From Bdellovibrionia bacterium (GTDB lineage Bacteria; Bdellovibrionota; UBA1018; JBILEK01), in contig JBILEK010000005.1 of the NCBI GenBank assembly GCA_044352155.1, forward strand, positions 1 to 61,155: DNA of 61,155 nt. The letters run 5' to 3'. A program made the position numbers and the translations under genes. Positions 1-10,172 of the stretch are shown piece after piece (the first letter of the stretch is position 1; every line of letters begins with the position of its first letter). The notes under the pieces were generated by a model. It was not told where the DNA came from. It was given only the letters and a program-made list of their open reading frames with translations, and ran no database searches.

Positions 1-330
1 GAGCTGCTTCCGGCCGAGCTTTCAGGTGGCATGCAAAAAAGAGCTGGTCTTGCTCGAGCCATCATCCTGAGACCTCGGATCATCTTATTTGACGAGCCCA
101 CAGCAGGCCTGGATCCCGTGAACACCAAGCGTCTCATCCAGAACATTAAAAAGCTTAAACTGCAGGGTATTACTGGAGTTTTTGTGACTCACGATATACC
201 CGCCGCATTTGAGATCGTGGATCGTGTGGCGATTTTAAGTAAAGGCAAAGTACCTGTGCTTGATACTCTTGAGCAAATCAAAAAATCTAAAGACCCATTG
301 GTCCAATCGTTCATTAGCGAGGCTGTCTGA
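1..330 (+). CDS. mlaF: ABC transporter ATP-binding protein, MlaF/Mkl type (5'-truncated by window)
   Basis: LSGGM signature, Walker B ILFDEPTAGLDP, VTHD H-loop; precedes an MCE gene. Confidence 0.85.
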   Translation, partial: ELLPAELSGGMQKRAGLARAIILRPRIILFDEPTAGLDPVNTKRLIQNIKKLKLQGITGVFVTHDIPAAFEIVDRVAILSKGKVPVLDTLEQIKKSKDPLVQSFISEAV

Positions 331-331
331 A

Positions 332-1165
332 ATGAAAACCCCAAGAAAACTTGAGATCGAAGTCAAAGTTGGAATCTTCGTCGCGCTCGGAACTCTTTTG
401 ATCGCTCTATCCATCATGAGCTTGGGCGAGGGGGGTACAAGCTTCATCACAAAAAACAATAAATACGTGGTCCGTTTTCCCGATGTTACGGGACTCATCC
501 AAGGGTCAAAAGTGATCTTAGGAGGTGTACGCGTAGGAGTCGTAGAAAGTTATGACCTTGATCCATCAAAGCAGGGCATTCGGGTCCAACTTTCGATCAT
601 GCGTAAGTATGAAGGATTTCTGAAACCCGACTCAGTTGCAGAGCTCGCAACACAAGGGGTTTTAGGTGACAAGTACATCTCCATTTCGGGAGGCTCCGAG
701 AGTCAAGCTCCGATTCCAAACGGAGGCGAGATCCGTACAATGCCCTCTAAAGGTCTTGCAGAACTTTTAACGGGCGGCGAGGCCGTTATGGTCTCTCTCA
801 AGTCGATCGCAAGTTCTCTCGACCGCGTAATGAAGTCACTTGAGTCCAACGGACGTGCGGAAATTCTTTTCTCGAGTCTCGCCAAAACTTCCACAAACTT
901 GGCCGAGCTCTCTGGAAAGTTCAATAAAGAGTTCGATCAGATCCAACTTAAAAAATCGATCGCCTCCCTCTCGCAGATCCTCGACAAGATCAACTCGGGC
1001 ACAGGCACGCTCGGAGCACTCGTCAACGATCCGGGCCTCTACGACGACGCCCGCGCACTCCTCGGCGGCGTCAACCGTAACCGCATCATGCGTAACCTCG
1101 TCCGCAAGACCGTGCGCGACGGGGATGAGCCTCCTCCTACATCAACACCCAGCGAGCGGCCTTAA
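332..1165 (+). CDS. mlaD: MlaD/MCE family protein
   Basis: N-terminal TM (VKVGIFV), GL..GS.V..GGV.VG.V and LATQGVLGDKYISI MCE motifs, GTLGALVNDP tail; ATG at 332. Confidence 0.88.
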   Translation: MKTPRKLEIEVKVGIFVALGTLLIALSIMSLGEGGTSFITKNNKYVVRFPDVTGLIQGSKVILGGVRVGVVESYDLDPSKQGIRVQLSIMRKYEGFLKPDSVAELATQGVLGDKYISISGGSESQAPIPNGGEIRTMPSKGLAELLTGGEAVMVSLKSIASSLDRVMKSLESNGRAEILFSSLAKTSTNLAELSGKFNKEFDQIQLKKSIASLSQILDKINSGTGTLGALVNDPGLYDDARALLGGVNRNRIMRNLVRKTVRDGDEPPPTSTPSERP

Positions 1166-1399
1166 GCACACAGGCATCGCCCCATATTCGGCGAGCACGC
1201 AACCCCGAAGTACCAAAATCGCCTCGTCCTGATCCGCGTGTGCGAACTTGGGAGAAAAACGCTTCGACGAATCCTATCGCATCTGCACGCACACAAGAAC
1301 GCGAGTAGAGCGCCCCCCTTTGTGATGATCTCAGCTTAAGAAACACATACTCCGTGGGGCGCGTGATTTTCATTCCCATTGAGATTCCCAAAACACGAA

Positions 1400-1426
1400 C
1401 GCCCGAAGCGGAAACCGCCCCGGGCG
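1400..1426 (-). terminator. Rho-independent terminator of the sigma54 activator gene
   Basis: Minus strand CGCCCGGGGCGG-TTT-CCGCTTCGGGCG stem (two G-U pairs) followed by TTCGTGTTTT, 27 nt after the stop. Confidence 0.6.
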
Positions 1427-1453
1427 CCCATGAAGTCTAAGACTCAACAGAAC

Positions 1454-2566
1454 TTATTCGTGGTTCTTGATGATCGAAGAAGCGATCGAATCCGTATTGG
1501 AAATCGCATTAGAGCCCATCGAAGCCGCAGCAGCGAGAGCTGCCTTGGAGTTCTTCGCAGGCGTAATCATTCCGCGCTTGCGGAGCTTTTCCACGAGCGT
1601 CGTACGGTTCATCTGGAGGAGCTCGCTCGCCTTGTTCTTGTTATTATGCGTACGAGAGAGCGCCTGATCGATCAGGTGATTCTCAAAGTTCGCAACAATC
1701 GTCTTCAGATCAAGACCGTTTTCAGGCAGCGCCATGCGCGGAAACTCAGGATCAGATGCCGATACAGCGCCAGATCCTTGGGCTTCGTTATTGAGATAGT
1801 TACGAACAACTTTTTGAGGGAGATCGCCGAGTTCCACGTTTCCTTTTCCTTTCAGAATAACGAGACGCTCGATGGTGTTTTCGAGTTCTCGTACGTTACC
1901 TGGCCATTGATAGACCAGCAGAGCATCCATGATCTGACCAGTCGGTGGTGCAACCTCGTGGCCCGTCAAACGGTTAAAGTGCGAAATGAAATGATGCACC
2001 ATCTTGGGAATATCGCTCTTACGCTCTCGCAAAGCGGGTAGCTTCACGGGAATAACATTTAAGCGATAGTACAAGTCTTCGCGGAACTGCTTATTGGCAA
2101 CCGCATCTTCCAAGTTCACGTTTGTGGCCGCAATGATTCGCACGTCGACCGACACGGTCTTCGACGATCCAATGGGCTCAAAGGTTTTCGCTTGGAGCAC
2201 GCGCAGGAGCTTGACCTGGAGATGCAGAGGTAGGTCCCCCACTTCATCCAAGAACAGTGTCCCGCCGTGCGCGAGTTCGAAACGACCGATGCGTGCCTGG
2301 GTTGCCCCAGTAAACGCGCCTTTGGTGTGCCCAAAGAGCTCGGCCTCGAGCAGTTCTCCCGGAATCGCGCCGCAATTCACGACCACGAGCGGGCCTTTGG
2401 CCCGATTCGAGTTTTCGTGAATACTCCTCGCCACGAGCTCTTTCCCGGTCCCGGACTCTCCGGTGATCAGGACGGTGCTCTCCGAGTGCGCTACACGCGC
2501 AATCGTGTTGAGGACAGACGTGATTTCGGGGCTGTCTCCTATGAGGAGAGACTTGACTAAGAGCAT
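1454..2566 (-). CDS. Sigma54-dependent enhancer-binding protein lacking an N-terminal regulatory domain (FleQ/FlrA-like HTH)
   Basis: GESGTGKE Walker [20 protein letters not shown]-terminal [13 protein letters not shown]; AAA+ domain begins at about residue 8. Confidence 0.9.
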   Translation of the reverse strand: MLLVKSLLIGDSPEITSVLNTIARVAHSESTVLITGESGTGKELVARSIHENSNRAKGPLVVVNCGAIPGELLEAELFGHTKGAFTGATQARIGRFELAHGGTLFLDEVGDLPLHLQVKLLRVLQAKTFEPIGSSKTVSVDVRIIAATNVNLEDAVANKQFREDLYYRLNVIPVKLPALRERKSDIPKMVHHFISHFNRLTGHEVAPPTGQIMDALLVYQWPGNVRELENTIERLVILKGKGNVELGDLPQKVVRNYLNNEAQGSGAVSASDPEFPRMALPENGLDLKTIVANFENHLIDQALSRTHNNKNKASELLQMNRTTLVEKLRKRGMITPAKNSKAALAAAASMGSNAISNTDSIASSIIKNHE

Positions 2567-2749
2567 CAATGCCCCCTTTTCCTTCCGTGGTTCATCGTCA
2601 TCATCTCACCGCTGATTCTTAGGTCCATCCGGGACCCTCAGCGGCACTTACCTACGTACAAAAGGCTAAGCAGATTTTGCCGGCCTGTCAAAAATCTTTT
2701 CAAAAGAAATCAACAGCGGCTTAAAGTTATTGAAATGATTAATTAAAAA

Positions 2750-2974
2750 TCATCTCTCCACCCAGGTCCTCACCCAGGTTTCTGCATGCAAGTCACCCCG
2801 CATGACAATCCACGTTATCGCAAGCCCAACGAGCGCTCCAGAAAAGGCTCCCCAGAGAAGGAAGGTGAGCTTTTTTCTTCTCCTACGAAAATGCAAAACC
2901 GCGGGAAAAAGCGCGATTGCCAGAGCAACAGCCCAGATCGGAAAAGTTCTCGCAGCAAGGTAGATCAAGCTCAT
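2750..2974 (-). CDS. Small two-TM membrane protein
   Basis: 74 aa, two hydrophobic segments separated by RRRRKK; directly downstream of metK. Confidence 0.6.
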   Translation of the reverse strand: MSLIYLAARTFPIWAVALAIALFPAVLHFRRRRKKLTFLLWGAFSGALVGLAITWIVMRGDLHAETWVRTWVER

Positions 2975-2996
2975 TGGATCGTCCGGACTCTCTCAC

Positions 2997-4163
2997 TTAG
3001 AGCGCGCGCAGAGCGGCGACTTTGTCCGTTCGCTCCCAAGTGAACTCAGGCTCTGTGCGCCCAAAGTGACCGTAGGCTGCGGTCTTTGAGTAGATGGGAC
3101 GCAGCAGATCGAGTGACTCGATGATCCCGCGAGGACGAAGCTGAAACACTTCGCGAACACCTTTCTCGATTTTCTCTACTGCAATTTTCTCGGTTCCAAA
3201 CGTATTGACCATGACACTCACCGGATCCGCGACACCAATCGCGTAAGCAAGTTGCACCATGCAACGATCCGCGAGCCCTGCTGCTACGATATTTTTTGCG
3301 ATGTAGCGTCCCATGTAGCAGGCCGAGCGATCCACTTTGGAAGGATCTTTCCCAGAAAAAGCTCCCCCCCCGTGCGCACCGTGACCACCGTAGGTGTCCA
3401 CGATGATCTTACGTCCCGTCAGCCCGCAGTCTCCCATGGGGCCACCAATCACAAATCGTCCGGTCGGATTGATGAAAAACTTTGTTTTTGCATCGAGCAA
3501 ATTAGCGGGAATCGTCTTCTTAACCACTTCTTCGATCAAAGCTTCTTGAATCTGCTGATGGGTAATCGCTTCGTCGTGCTGAGAGCTCACGACCACTGCG
3601 TCTACGCGCTTGGGTTTATGATTCTCGTACTCGATGGTGACTTGCGTCTTGCCATCAGGTCGCAGCCAACTGAGCGTTCCGTTTTTGCGCACCTGAGAGA
3701 GCCGCAGAGCCAATTTATGCGACAAATCGATCGTGAGCGGCATTTGCTCGGGTGATTCGTTGATCGCGTAACCGAACATGATGCCCTGATCGCCAGCACC
3801 CTGCTCTTTTTGATTATGAATCCCCTGCCCCGTGGTCACCCCTTGGGAGATATCAGGCGACTGACGATCCAAAGTCACCATCACGCCACAAGTTTTGTAA
3901 TCAAAACCCTTATCAGAGTGATCGTAACCGATACGCTGAATCGTTTTTCTTGCGATCTCCTGATAGTCAATGCGCGCATGAGTCGTCACTTCGCCCGCGA
4001 CAACAACAAGTCCAGTGGTCACCAGCGTCTCGCACGCTACCCGCGAAGTCGGATCTTTTTCGAGAAGTGCGTCTAGAACTGCGTCCGAAACTTGATCTGC
4101 AATCTTATCTGGGTGACCTTCGGTCACCGACTCAGAAGTGAAAAGGTAGTGCCCTGCGCTCAT
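2997..4163 (-). CDS. metK: S-adenosylmethionine synthetase
   Basis: [35 protein letters not shown] motifs. Confidence 0.98.
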   Translation of the reverse strand: MSAGHYLFTSESVTEGHPDKIADQVSDAVLDALLEKDPTSRVACETLVTTGLVVVAGEVTTHARIDYQEIARKTIQRIGYDHSDKGFDYKTCGVMVTLDRQSPDISQGVTTGQGIHNQKEQGAGDQGIMFGYAINESPEQMPLTIDLSHKLALRLSQVRKNGTLSWLRPDGKTQVTIEYENHKPKRVDAVVVSSQHDEAITHQQIQEALIEEVVKKTIPANLLDAKTKFFINPTGRFVIGGPMGDCGLTGRKIIVDTYGGHGAHGGGAFSGKDPSKVDRSACYMGRYIAKNIVAAGLADRCMVQLAYAIGVADPVSVMVNTFGTEKIAVEKIEKGVREVFQLRPRGIIESLDLLRPIYSKTAAYGHFGRTEPEFTWERTDKVAALRAL

Positions 4164-4210
4164 GCGAACCTCAGAGAAGAAAAAACTACGTTAAAGCTTC
4201 CTGCCAGCCT

Positions 4211-4333
4211 CTAGATGTGCACAGGGAACTTAGGGGTCGTGCCTTTGTTTTGTTGACGGCGCTTACGGCGCTTCCCCGTGCGAGCGACTTTAACTTTTCG
4301 GGCCATGCGGGTTTTCCCGGTACGTGACGACAT
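4211..4333 (-). CDS. Small highly basic protein, 40 aa (not in ORF track)
   Basis: Manual translation MSSRTGKTRMARKVKVARTGKRRKRRQQNKGTTPKFPVHI; AGGAG RBS 5 nt before ATG; fills the metK leader. Confidence 0.7.
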   Translation of the reverse strand: MSSRTGKTRMARKVKVARTGKRRKRRQQNKGTTPKFPVHI

Positions 4334-4441
4334 GGAATCTCCTACGCGATCGTTTGTTGCTGAGCCAACTCCTCAGAAGGCTTGGGTTTTGCCTTCTCCG
4401 CTCCTCCTTGTCAACGTCGCATTAAGCTGGAACCAACGCAC

Positions 4442-4457
4442 TGGCGCACGGATTGCT
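4442..4457 (+). promoter_or_regulatory. Sigma54 (-24/-12) promoter of the secretin-ATPase operon
   Basis: TGGCGCACGGATTGCT = GG-N10-GC with TTGC; ATG at 4474. Confidence 0.65.
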
Positions 4458-4473
4458 CCCGGTCCTCGAATCC

Positions 4474-5943
4474 ATGCTTATTTTTTTTCAAAGCCTTGTT
4501 TTAGGCGTCTGGGTTTTTCTCGTCACTCCCGCCTTTTCCGCGCCTGAGCCACAGCTGCGCGCGCCACTTTTATTCGGAGAAGGAGAGCAACGCTTTATCC
4601 TGACGCAGGACGAGATCTTACGCTTTACACTCTCAGGAGATGCATTTCGAGCGCTCACACCGCCTCGAGAGCTGCACACCCCTAAGACACTCCTGGTGCG
4701 AGCCGTAAAACCGGGCTCCGGCGAACTCCTCGTTTGGACTAAGTCTTCGGAAATAATAAGGTTTCCCCTTCAGTCGTTTCCAATCTCAAGTCAAGAGCTC
4801 CCCCCTGCGCTCCTCCGGGAGCTCAGCGGACTTCAAGAGGTCGAAGTGCATCATGCCTCCGGGAATGTCCTTCTTCGCGGTGAAGTGCGCTCGATCAGCG
4901 AGGCCGCTCGCATCCGACTCCTCAAAGACGCTCACGGCGAAAAACTACGTGATCTCACTCGGACGCATGCCACTTTACTCGAAACCCTACTCCCACGTTT
5001 ACGTGCAGTGCGGATCGAGTCCCCAGAAGGCACTCCCCCACCCCAGGTTCGGTTAGAGGAGGGGCGCATTCGCGTGGGGGGACGCTTCACTCCAGAAAAA
5101 AGCGCGCACGCCAAACGCTGGGAAAACGCCTTACGCGCGATCTATCCGCTCCTCGATTGGGACGTCGAGCAACTGACTCCGTCAGGGCCGATGGTCTTTT
5201 TCCGCGTCTACTTGCTCGAAGTACGCAAAGAGAGCCTCCGTAGTCTAGGCGTGCGTTGGCCTGCGCTCGTGGAGAGTGCCTTTGTCGTTGAGCCACAACA
5301 GCCGCTCGCAGGCGCCCTCAACTTTGAGGCCTCCATTCAAGCCCTCGAGTCTCAAGGAGGTCTTAAGATCCTCTCTCACCCCGAGATTGCAGTGCGCTCC
5401 CCAGGCGAGGCTGAGCTTTTTTCTGGAGGGGAGATCCCGCTCCGTACTCGCACTCGTCTTCAGTCGATGATTCAATGGAAGTCCTTTGGACTGCTCCTCA
5501 AACTGAAAGTCATCGAGACACAAGGAGCACAAGTGCGTGCCGAGATCCAAACTGAAGTGAGTCAACTCGATCACGCTATCTCACTCGATGAAACGCCTGG
5601 GATTCGCGCAAACCGCTTAAAAACTCAGGTAGATGCGCGACTGGGCGCGCCTCTGATTTTGTGTGGGATGATTCAAGAGTCCACTCGAAAGAAAACTCAA
5701 GGCCTTCCTGTTCTCAGCTCCATTCCTGTGCTCGGTGCGCTCTTTGGCTCCAAAGATTATCAGGAAGAACGCTCTGAACTCCTTGCAGTCCTCATTCCCC
5801 ACACGCAACCCAAGTCCGTCGACCCAGAGTCAATTGGGGAGGAGTTTCCACGGGGTCCTGTGCCCCCTCCCCGAAACTGGATCTCTCCTTCGGATTATCG
5901 TCGCATTCGTCAATCCCAAGATTTTCCATGGAACGCTCTATGA
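4474..5943 (+). CDS. Tad/Flp secretin, RcpA/CpaC-like (second copy)
   Basis: Signal peptide; secretin motifs FSGGEIP, GLPVLSSIPVLGALFGS, ERSEL; followed by a TadA-like ATPase. Confidence 0.8.
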   Translation: MLIFFQSLVLGVWVFLVTPAFSAPEPQLRAPLLFGEGEQRFILTQDEILRFTLSGDAFRALTPPRELHTPKTLLVRAVKPGSGELLVWTKSSEIIRFPLQSFPISSQELPPALLRELSGLQEVEVHHASGNVLLRGEVRSISEAARIRLLKDAHGEKLRDLTRTHATLLETLLPRLRAVRIESPEGTPPPQVRLEEGRIRVGGRFTPEKSAHAKRWENALRAIYPLLDWDVEQLTPSGPMVFFRVYLLEVRKESLRSLGVRWPALVESAFVVEPQQPLAGALNFEASIQALESQGGLKILSHPEIAVRSPGEAELFSGGEIPLRTRTRLQSMIQWKSFGLLLKLKVIETQGAQVRAEIQTEVSQLDHAISLDETPGIRANRLKTQVDARLGAPLILCGMIQESTRKKTQGLPVLSSIPVLGALFGSKDYQEERSELLAVLIPHTQPKSVDPESIGEEFPRGPVPPPRNWISPSDYRRIRQSQDFPWNAL

Positions 5944-6875
5944 ACTCGCTCCCTCTGACGCTTCAAAATTTAATCAAAGATCCCTCAGTCACCGACCTAT
6001 GCTTAAACGGTCCCTTCGAGCTGTTTGTAGACCGCGGAGAGGGGATGGAAGCGATCGACCTCTCGCGCGCTCCCGGCTGGGGTGAGCGCGAGCTTTGGGC
6101 GTTTTGCCTTGAGGCTCTCTCTCACGCAGGGAAATCGTGGGACTCACGAGCACCATTTGTCGACGGAGTGCTTAAGAGTGGACATCGATTTCATTTTCTA
6201 CTCCCTCCTCTCAGTCCAAAGGGAGTTCTTGTTTCTCTCAGACGTCTGCGCCAGGCCAATCGATCGCGCTCCCTCCAATGGAAACAAGACCCTCTTTTCG
6301 AAACTCTGAGCCAAGCCCTGCAGCGGGGCGAGACTTGTTTGATTTCCGGAGCGACCGGAAGCGGGAAAACCACTTTAGCATCCGAGCTCATTTCGACTCT
6401 GCCTGCACGAACGCGGATCTTGGCACTTGAGGACACTCCGGAGCTTGAGCCGGATCATCCGCACTTTTTAACTCTTCAGTCGCGCCCCTCTAATGCGGAC
6501 GGATTTGGCGCAGTGAGCTTGCGTGAGCTGCTTCGTCAGGCCCTCCGGATGCGCCCGGATCGAATCGTCCTGGGAGAGTGCCGCGGGGCTGAGGTCTTAG
6601 ATCTTTTACAAGCTTTGAACTCGGGACACGCCGGATCGCTTGCGACTCTTCACGCAAACTCCCCCCGAGAAGCGCTTCAAAGAATTGAATTGCTCTGCGC
6701 AATCTCCTCGCAAGGGGCAATCCCACCATCGTCTTTAAGTGAGCTCCTGGTGCGAGGTGTAGGCTACATCGCTCAACTCAAGCGAGACGAGCGCGGCAAA
6801 CGAAAAATCGATGCTCTTTGCAAAGTAGCCGGAAAAGAGGGCGATCTCGTTCTCTTAAGGCCCATTGCACCCTAA
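5940..6875 (+). CDS. CpaF/TadA-family secretion ATPase (short form)
   Basis: [44 protein letters not shown]; ATGA overlap with the secretin stop. Confidence 0.88.
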   Translation: MNSLPLTLQNLIKDPSVTDLCLNGPFELFVDRGEGMEAIDLSRAPGWGERELWAFCLEALSHAGKSWDSRAPFVDGVLKSGHRFHFLLPPLSPKGVLVSLRRLRQANRSRSLQWKQDPLFETLSQALQRGETCLISGATGSGKTTLASELISTLPARTRILALEDTPELEPDHPHFLTLQSRPSNADGFGAVSLRELLRQALRMRPDRIVLGECRGAEVLDLLQALNSGHAGSLATLHANSPREALQRIELLCAISSQGAIPPSSLSELLVRGVGYIAQLKRDERGKRKIDALCKVAGKEGDLVLLRPIAP

Positions 6876-6899
6876 GCACGCCTGACCTTATCTGAGATT

Positions 6900-6912
6900 T
6901 AAGTTGTTGATA
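6900..6912 (-). promoter_or_regulatory. IHF-like binding site
   Basis: TAAGTTGTTGATA = reverse complement TATCAACAACTTA, a perfect WATCAANNNNTTR match in an AT-rich intergenic patch. Confidence 0.5.
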
Positions 6913-7019
6913 AAATTGAATATTTAAAAAAATCAAGCCCGTGAAAGCTTGATTCCCTCCTCAGCGTTCCTCTCACACTAGACGCAAACGCAAGAGCATG
7001 GAAGGATCCGAGCGTCACT

Positions 7020-8117
7020 ATGATCTCCGCTTCCACCTCCCCCACGACCGCCACACTCTCCACACAAAAGCTCCCCGCTCTCCCGCAGGGAATCACTCCA
7101 CGTTGGAATGTAGAGGGAGCTCATCCTCGCGGAGGGCGCTTTGAGTCTTGGACACTTCAAGCCGCTGACACCCAAGAAGGGGGAGTCGCGTTCTGGATCC
7201 AGCTCTCCGTGCTCGTAAGCGCTAACGCGTTCCGGAGGATTGCGGAGGCGCGAATCAAGCTCGCATGGAAGCCAAGCGCAACATTCTCGCCCCTAGAAGA
7301 AAGTAATCAGATCACCTTGCGCCAACAGCACGATATCGCGCTCTTTAGCTCCAACCCTGACACTCCTGGCTTTCAAATCGGTCCGTGCTCACTTCAAGAA
7401 GACCGAAGCAAAGGGGAAATCGTTTCACGCGGTAAGCGTGTGGAGTGGGACCTGCGCCTTGACTCTCAGGGATCTCAAGGTTTTCGAATGACTCCAAAGC
7501 TAAAACTGCAAGGCAGCCCCGGCCCCTTTGGCAGAGATTGTTTGGCAGAAGCGATCCATGTGAGTGGAGTTTTGCGTTATGGGGATCGAGAATGGAAAAT
7601 TCAAGGTGCGTGCGGATCCCTCGATCACTCGGATGGAACGCGTTTTCCTGAAAACTGGGCACGCCTACATGCAGATCGCTTCGTGACCGACTCTGCCGAG
7701 CCCGTCGAGTGTGAGATCGATGCGTACTGCGTGACTCCACGGGGCGGATGGGGCATGCTGCGTCCAAACTATCAAGCTTTTCAAATGGAGTGGCGAGGAC
7801 AGCGCTTGTTGCTCAACGGCTGGCTGCACGCGTTTCGCTCAAGATCCAAGTTTCAACTGACTGAATGGAATTTTGAATTCAGTCAACGTGGCTACAAAGT
7901 ACAAGGCACGCTCCAATCTAACCTCAAAGATCTCTCTGCGCTGACTTACGAGAATACTGACGGGAAATCTTTTTTCTCGGCTTTGTCACTTTCCTCTTAC
8001 CTACGATTGTTGATTTTTCGCGACGGGAAGCTTGAGCAACGTTTGACCTGCTCGGACTCGGCTTATTTTGAAATGATGGCAAACGCAAAGTCTCAATACG
8101 TGCAACCGAGCGCTTAA
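7020..8117 (+). CDS. Hypothetical protein, possibly tocopherol-cyclase/AttH-like beta fold
   Basis: Long ORF rich in aromatic beta-strand patterns (FESW, VEWDLRL, TEWNFEF); family assignment weak. Confidence 0.5.
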   Translation: MISASTSPTTATLSTQKLPALPQGITPRWNVEGAHPRGGRFESWTLQAADTQEGGVAFWIQLSVLVSANAFRRIAEARIKLAWKPSATFSPLEESNQITLRQQHDIALFSSNPDTPGFQIGPCSLQEDRSKGEIVSRGKRVEWDLRLDSQGSQGFRMTPKLKLQGSPGPFGRDCLAEAIHVSGVLRYGDREWKIQGACGSLDHSDGTRFPENWARLHADRFVTDSAEPVECEIDAYCVTPRGGWGMLRPNYQAFQMEWRGQRLLLNGWLHAFRSRSKFQLTEWNFEFSQRGYKVQGTLQSNLKDLSALTYENTDGKSFFSALSLSSYLRLLIFRDGKLEQRLTCSDSAYFEMMANAKSQYVQPSA

Positions 8118-8219
8118 GAAGCTCGTTAAAGCCCACTTGAAACGGCCAAGGCTCACCTTCGGCAATCAAGGCAAGTGGAAACGCGAGCGTCAACCAGAGC
8201 AAGCTCTCTCCAAGCGCTC

Positions 8220-9239
8220 TCAATGCGTGAGTCCCCCAAGCCAGATTGCACCTACAATCAGAATGAAAAAACCGGGCGCAACGCACAGAAAAAGAGGAGC
8301 AAGCGCGCGCGTGCTCAGTTGACGTACTCCTCTCGAAAGCTCTGCACGGATCTCCTCTTGTACCTGATCAAGGAGACGCTCCAGAGACTCAACAGCCGCT
8401 CGCCCCTCTAAGACCGCATGAGCGACAATCCTTCGCTGATCCTCAATGCCGCGATCAATGATTTCAAGGAGACCCAGTCTTGATCGAGTCACGGTTTGAG
8501 TGCTCCAGAGGCTCGAGCCCATGCGCGTCGCAAACTCTTGATCCTCTTGCACAATCTTTCGATACACTTGAGACCAGGCAAGATCTCCCGGCACTCCACT
8601 CTGAATCTCGCTCACCAATGCAGTGGCGATCTGAGCCGGAAAAAAAATCCATGCCCTCCGATGAGCGGGAAGTCCGCCCCACTGAGCAAGCGCGCTCATT
8701 CGGAGCATCCAAAAATAGCCAATCGCACCCAAAATCAGCGCTACGGCACAAAAAGCGCCCCAGCTCAAAGCGCTCTGACGCAAGTCTGGGAGAAGGAGAG
8801 TCAATCCCGCCGAAAAAAGCGGAAAAAGGATAAGACAAGCCCCAGCCTGCGCGCGAGCTCCCGCACTCTCCTCTGAAGCTCGCGCCAGCAAGCTTGCAGC
8901 TCGAACGCACTCCGCGCGCACTCGACCCAAGTAAGGAAGCACCTGAGCTCCTCGCTCACGTATGTCTCGCGCGGCATCCATCGCTCGCTGGACAAAAACA
9001 GGGGCACCCTGCTCCCATCCTTCTTTCCCGCCCCCGCCCACATCCCATCCCTGACCGGACTCGAGTCTGGACTCAAGACTCCGAATCTCAAGCGCCGCCT
9101 GATGCCAGCGACGCGCTTCAGCTTGAGCACCCCAAAGTGCCCTCAAGCTTGGTGCAAAAATACGGAACAGCAGCTGGAAAGAGTAGAGTGCAAGAGCGAA
9201 AGAAAAAAACCAAAGCAACATAGCCCCCAAGCTATGCAA
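8220..9239 (-). CDS. Type II secretion F-family protein, apparent TadB-TadC fusion
   Basis: Two tandem T2SSF-like halves (LESG...ARAQA then two TMs; IQSG...APLFLCVAPGFFILIV). Confidence 0.65.
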   Translation of the reverse strand: MHSLGAMLLWFFSFALALYSFQLLFRIFAPSLRALWGAQAEARRWHQAALEIRSLESRLESGQGWDVGGGGKEGWEQGAPVFVQRAMDAARDIRERGAQVLPYLGRVRAECVRAASLLARASEESAGARAQAGACLILFPLFSAGLTLLLPDLRQSALSWGAFCAVALILGAIGYFWMLRMSALAQWGGLPAHRRAWIFFPAQIATALVSEIQSGVPGDLAWSQVYRKIVQEDQEFATRMGSSLWSTQTVTRSRLGLLEIIDRGIEDQRRIVAHAVLEGRAAVESLERLLDQVQEEIRAELSRGVRQLSTRALAPLFLCVAPGFFILIVGAIWLGGLTH

Positions 9240-9248
9240 AGATAATGC

Positions 9249-10172
9249 TTAGCGCGTGCCGCCCCAGAGCCATTGCCAGGCGAGCGCGCGAGTCGATGGT
9301 ATCCCAAGACCCCTGAGCTCTAGACGCGTCTCTTTGAGTTTAGAGCTCACAGACTCTCGCAGGGAAACGACACTGCTCCTAAGCTCAGCAACCTGGGCTT
9401 CGGTGAGAGCACGAAGCGCGAGTGTGGAGGAAAGATAAGTGTCCACTCCAGTGGCTCTCTGAAGCGTGGCTTCAAGCGCCTGAACCGCCAGAGTGAGCGC
9501 GTGCGCGCGAGCGAGTTTTGGGTTTTTCTTTGAATCCGCGCGCGCCTGAGCAGCTTGCGATTGAGTCGCAAGCGCTTTTAAAAGCAAAGTTGCAAGCGTC
9601 GGAAAAGATCGCATCACCGAGTGGGCCCATCGCTTTCCAGCTGGGTCTCGACAACTCAGGAGAGCTGCACTCCATTGAGGCTCTTTACCTGGAAAAATCG
9701 CCTCAAGCGCCGAAGCAAGTGCGCCGTGTTCAGGCCCGATCGCTCTCTTCCGTGACGAGATTTCAGACTCCTCTGGAATAAACTCGATCACCCAAGAGGA
9801 CTCCGCAAAGTGCTTCTCAGAATCGATCACAACCGATGGACGCGGGTACTTTGATGCCTCTTTTAAAAACTGTGAACAAAATGAGTCAATCCGAGATTCC
9901 CAAGCTTTTTGCTCTCCAAACAAAGGTAGACTCGGATCGAGATACCGCTCCAATGCAAACCGAACCAAACTCTGCTGCGTTTTAAGAGCAATGGGAAGTG
10001 CTGTCATCGAAGCACCGGGGCGTAAAATAAAAAGCACTTCAGGCTGAAGCCAGACCCCTCGCACTTCCCAACCCTCCTGGACGACGGGAGCTTGCACTCC
10101 CTCTGGAGCCCCCTTACTCACGGTCGGAGAGAAAGCCCCAACCAGAATCGCGTACAGCGCGAAGAGCTTCAC
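9249..10172 (-). CDS. Hypothetical exported protein
   Basis: 307 aa, N-terminal signal-like peptide, helical C-terminus; abuts neighbouring genes. Confidence 0.55.
   Translation of the reverse strand: MKLFALYAILVGAFSPTVSKGAPEGVQAPVVQEGWEVRGVWLQPEVLFILRPGASMTALPIALKTQQSLVRFALERYLDPSLPLFGEQKAWESRIDSFCSQFLKEASKYPRPSVVIDSEKHFAESSWVIEFIPEESEISSRKRAIGPEHGALASALEAIFPGKEPQWSAALLSCRDPAGKRWAHSVMRSFPTLATLLLKALATQSQAAQARADSKKNPKLARAHALTLAVQALEATLQRATGVDTYLSSTLALRALTEAQVAELRSSVVSLRESVSSKLKETRLELRGLGIPSTRALAWQWLWGGTR

Noticed and set aside
1137-1391. 84-aa minus-strand ORF
   Set aside because: No recognisable motif, overlaps the mlaD end and lies downstream of a terminator; cannot be supported
4164-4440. 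SAM riboswitch upstream of metK
   Set aside because: No SAM-I/II core motifs seen; the region is better explained by a 40-aa ORF with an RBS
7924-8223. Possible small pilin-like ORF (LRALGESLLWLTLAFPLALI) coupled to the TadBC stop
   Set aside because: No G/xxxxE prepilin motif, and it would overlap the convergent gene by about 190 nt
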